From Ascidiella aspersa (lineage: Eukaryota): a stretch of 64,000 nucleotides of DNA. The notes under the pieces are model-generated. The model did not search any database. It was given only the letters and a program-made list of their open reading frames with translations, and was not told the origin of the DNA. The stretch spans positions 30,442,001 through 30,506,000 of the forward strand of contig OZ004607.1 of the NCBI GenBank assembly GCA_963924565.1, written 5' to 3'. Position 1 is the stretch's first letter, and the number at the start of each line of letters is the position of its first letter. This document shows positions 61,688-64,000 of the stretch, one piece after another. Both the position numbers and the translations under genes were made by a program.

Positions 61688-64000
61688 GGTTATATGTTTA
61701 TTACCGGCTCGGTTTTTGTGTTTACCGATACCGCCAATGTGTTTACTGTCGCATTCGGCGGCACTTCTCGCGACGGGATTTTCCGCATATTATGTTGAAA
61801 TCTGGTCCCGAACTCGGCCATGCGTAACGCGAGCACGTGCTGTCGCCGATAAAACCTGTACGAAAAAGCAGAGCTAGCTTTTGTGTTTGATAGAGAAATA
61901 GGAAAGGAGCCGTGAGAGAGAGAGCTAAAGAGAGATAATTTGTTCAGCGAGATGCGGTCGACTGTGACGTCACAAGGACGAATTGTACCCCTCGATCGAT
62001 TTCTTTGTGAATTGGGGACTGCCCCGTCCATTGAAAGGCTTTCCGACCCCCTTAGCACCGTCATTAGGCCGGAATGCTGGCGGACGCTTTATCACAGAAG
62101 GGCCTCGCGTTGTGCCGTGTTTTGTTGGGTGTCTGATTGAGATATAGTGTTATGCTTGTGTAGGTTTCGCTTGTCACCGCTCCATGAATAGGCAGGCCGA
62201 TGTAAGTCAGTCCTGGCTGTGTCTGTGTGTTGTTCGGAGTTCTGCCACAGATTAGGACAAGGATGAAGATGTAAAGCTGCGAAAGTGTTTAGCAGGTTTT
62301 TCGTCAGATTTTTAAGGACTAACGTTATGTGTAAACATGCGACTTCGGTACATGTGCTGCACATTTTCAGTTCGTCGTCAAATTTACGGCACTGCACCCC
62401 TAAGTTGCTACAGCAGTTTTTGTCTCAACTTGAAGGAAAAAAAATTCTTGACAAAATATAACTTGCCGTTTTTTAGGATTTTAGATTTTTTTAGGTGCAG
62501 TCAACTGCTTAGCCACTGGCTTCATCTCGACCGCCAATATGCGTTGCATTAAAACAGGAAGAGACCTTAAGACTTAGTTGGACGAATGCGTTAGTTCTAC
62601 TCTTATTACTAGCGGTAATCCTAAATGCGTAGGAGTGACCACGGCTTGCAGTTTTTTCAGTAGGAATGTAAGGTCGAAAGTTCAACTGCCAGTCGCCGTG
62701 CCTCCTTGCAGGCACTGCATCGTGGAATAGCGCGTTTAGACCAGTTATATTTTCTCGTTTTTATGGCAATATGCGATACACAATCATGCAATGTCAGCGA
62801 GGCCTTAATACGTGCGTTTATTTCAAAAACGTGGTCATTGGTTATATAAATTATGTTTTGCTGCGATAATCACGTTTGGAAGATGATTTTATACTGTTTG
62901 AAACAAAAAGTCGCCAACATTCTTTTTCTGTTAATTTGGTTGATGCATGCTGTAGGCTGGATAGTAAAAATAGCAGTTGTTCCATAATAACGTATTATGC
63001 CATTAATAGAAAAATTAGGCGGGGTTTCTTAACCGTAATTTCAACGCTATATCTTGCAAAGCTTTCGAAAACGATTCTTAGTTTCGTTTCCACGTGCGAG
63101 CGAAACGTCAATATCGCCCAGTCACAGGACCAGCGACAGCGCTGTTGTATTTGTGCCTTCGTACTCTACCGCAAACGTCACATATCACGTCGTAGGCCCG
63201 TGTGCAGTTTGTGCTCGCTCTTATGCCGACCGGGAAAGGCGTCACGTGACTATGACGCAAAGCTCTGTTTGTCGAAACCCTTCTTTGATTTAAGCCGTGA
63301 CTGAAAATGACGCTAACTGACAACACCCTTTGCTTCCAATACTTTGAAACGCCAGTTTAAAAGCACATTCGCTACCACCTATTATAATAATTATTACCGT
63401 TTTCCTTTAATGTATAGGTATTACATGCGACAAATAACTTGTAAATTAACTTACTTTGCCGGTTAAAAGTTCCCAGAAAAGCAGAAAGGGGCGTATGGAC
63501 CGTATTGTTTCAAGTCTAAGAAGACACGTTAAGCAGTGTAAAAATTCATCAGGCCAGTAAAATAATCCTTCGACTCGTTTGCGATTTCCACTGAAAAGTG
63601 GTTTGGTTAAAATGACCCAGGTTGCTTTTGGTTTGGCAGTCTAAACTAGCCATGACAGCAAAGTGTGTTGTTGAAGCCAAGTAAAAACAGTTTAAAGGCA
63701 GAGCAAAAATCTTTAAACAGCAACCCGGCTCACAACACTAGGTAATTTACTCACAACTCCTAATTTAGTTATTGCATGGGACTGCAATCCAAAATCGCTT
63801 GAATGTGAAATAAATCGCTTGTAATTAAGAAAAAAAAAATTTTAACTTCACCACATTCGGATCTTTTACAAAACATATTACAGTTATAAACATTGTAACC
63901 CCTGTCTTTTCAATGACGTGTAATTTGGTGCGCCTGCGAGTGTCCAATCTGCTTGCATTGTCGTGATATATTTACCTCGACCAGTCTTTTCTAAGCGGTC

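Noticed and set aside
11000-64000. The many 60-170 aa ORFs in the track outside the LINE
   Set aside because: No recognisable domains, mostly non-ATG starts, no chain of phase-compatible splice sites, and they track GC-rich non-coding blocks or MITEs.

Overview
AT-rich animal genomic DNA with GC-rich exons and many small hAT-type MITEs. It resembles a compact invertebrate genome, possibly an ascidian, but that is a weak inference. Positions 10-10706 on the minus strand hold 13 coding exons of a Kirrel/Neph (irre/SYG-1)-family adhesion receptor: signal peptide, 5 Ig domains, one TM helix and a Tyr/Pro/His-rich tail that runs off the left edge. All splice phases join into one 753-codon frame. 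The other ~53 kb has no credible host coding exon. It carries many CpG-rich enhancer-like blocks, one intact RTE-clade LINE (23965-27130, 998-aa APE+RT ORF, 10-bp TSD), about ten non-autonomous DNA transposons or remnants (mostly hAT with 8-bp TSDs), a possible solo LTR, and a CCAAT-box promoter-like segment at ~56.8 kb. The main second-look items are an HDV-like self-cleaving ribozyme fold and an AUGA-overlapping uORF in the LINE 5' UTR, two related degenerate hammerhead-like motifs (6.3 kb and 61.1 kb), and a possible bidirectional promoter that would give the Kirrel-like gene a ~46-kb leader intron or outron. No tRNA, rRNA or CRISPR array was seen.
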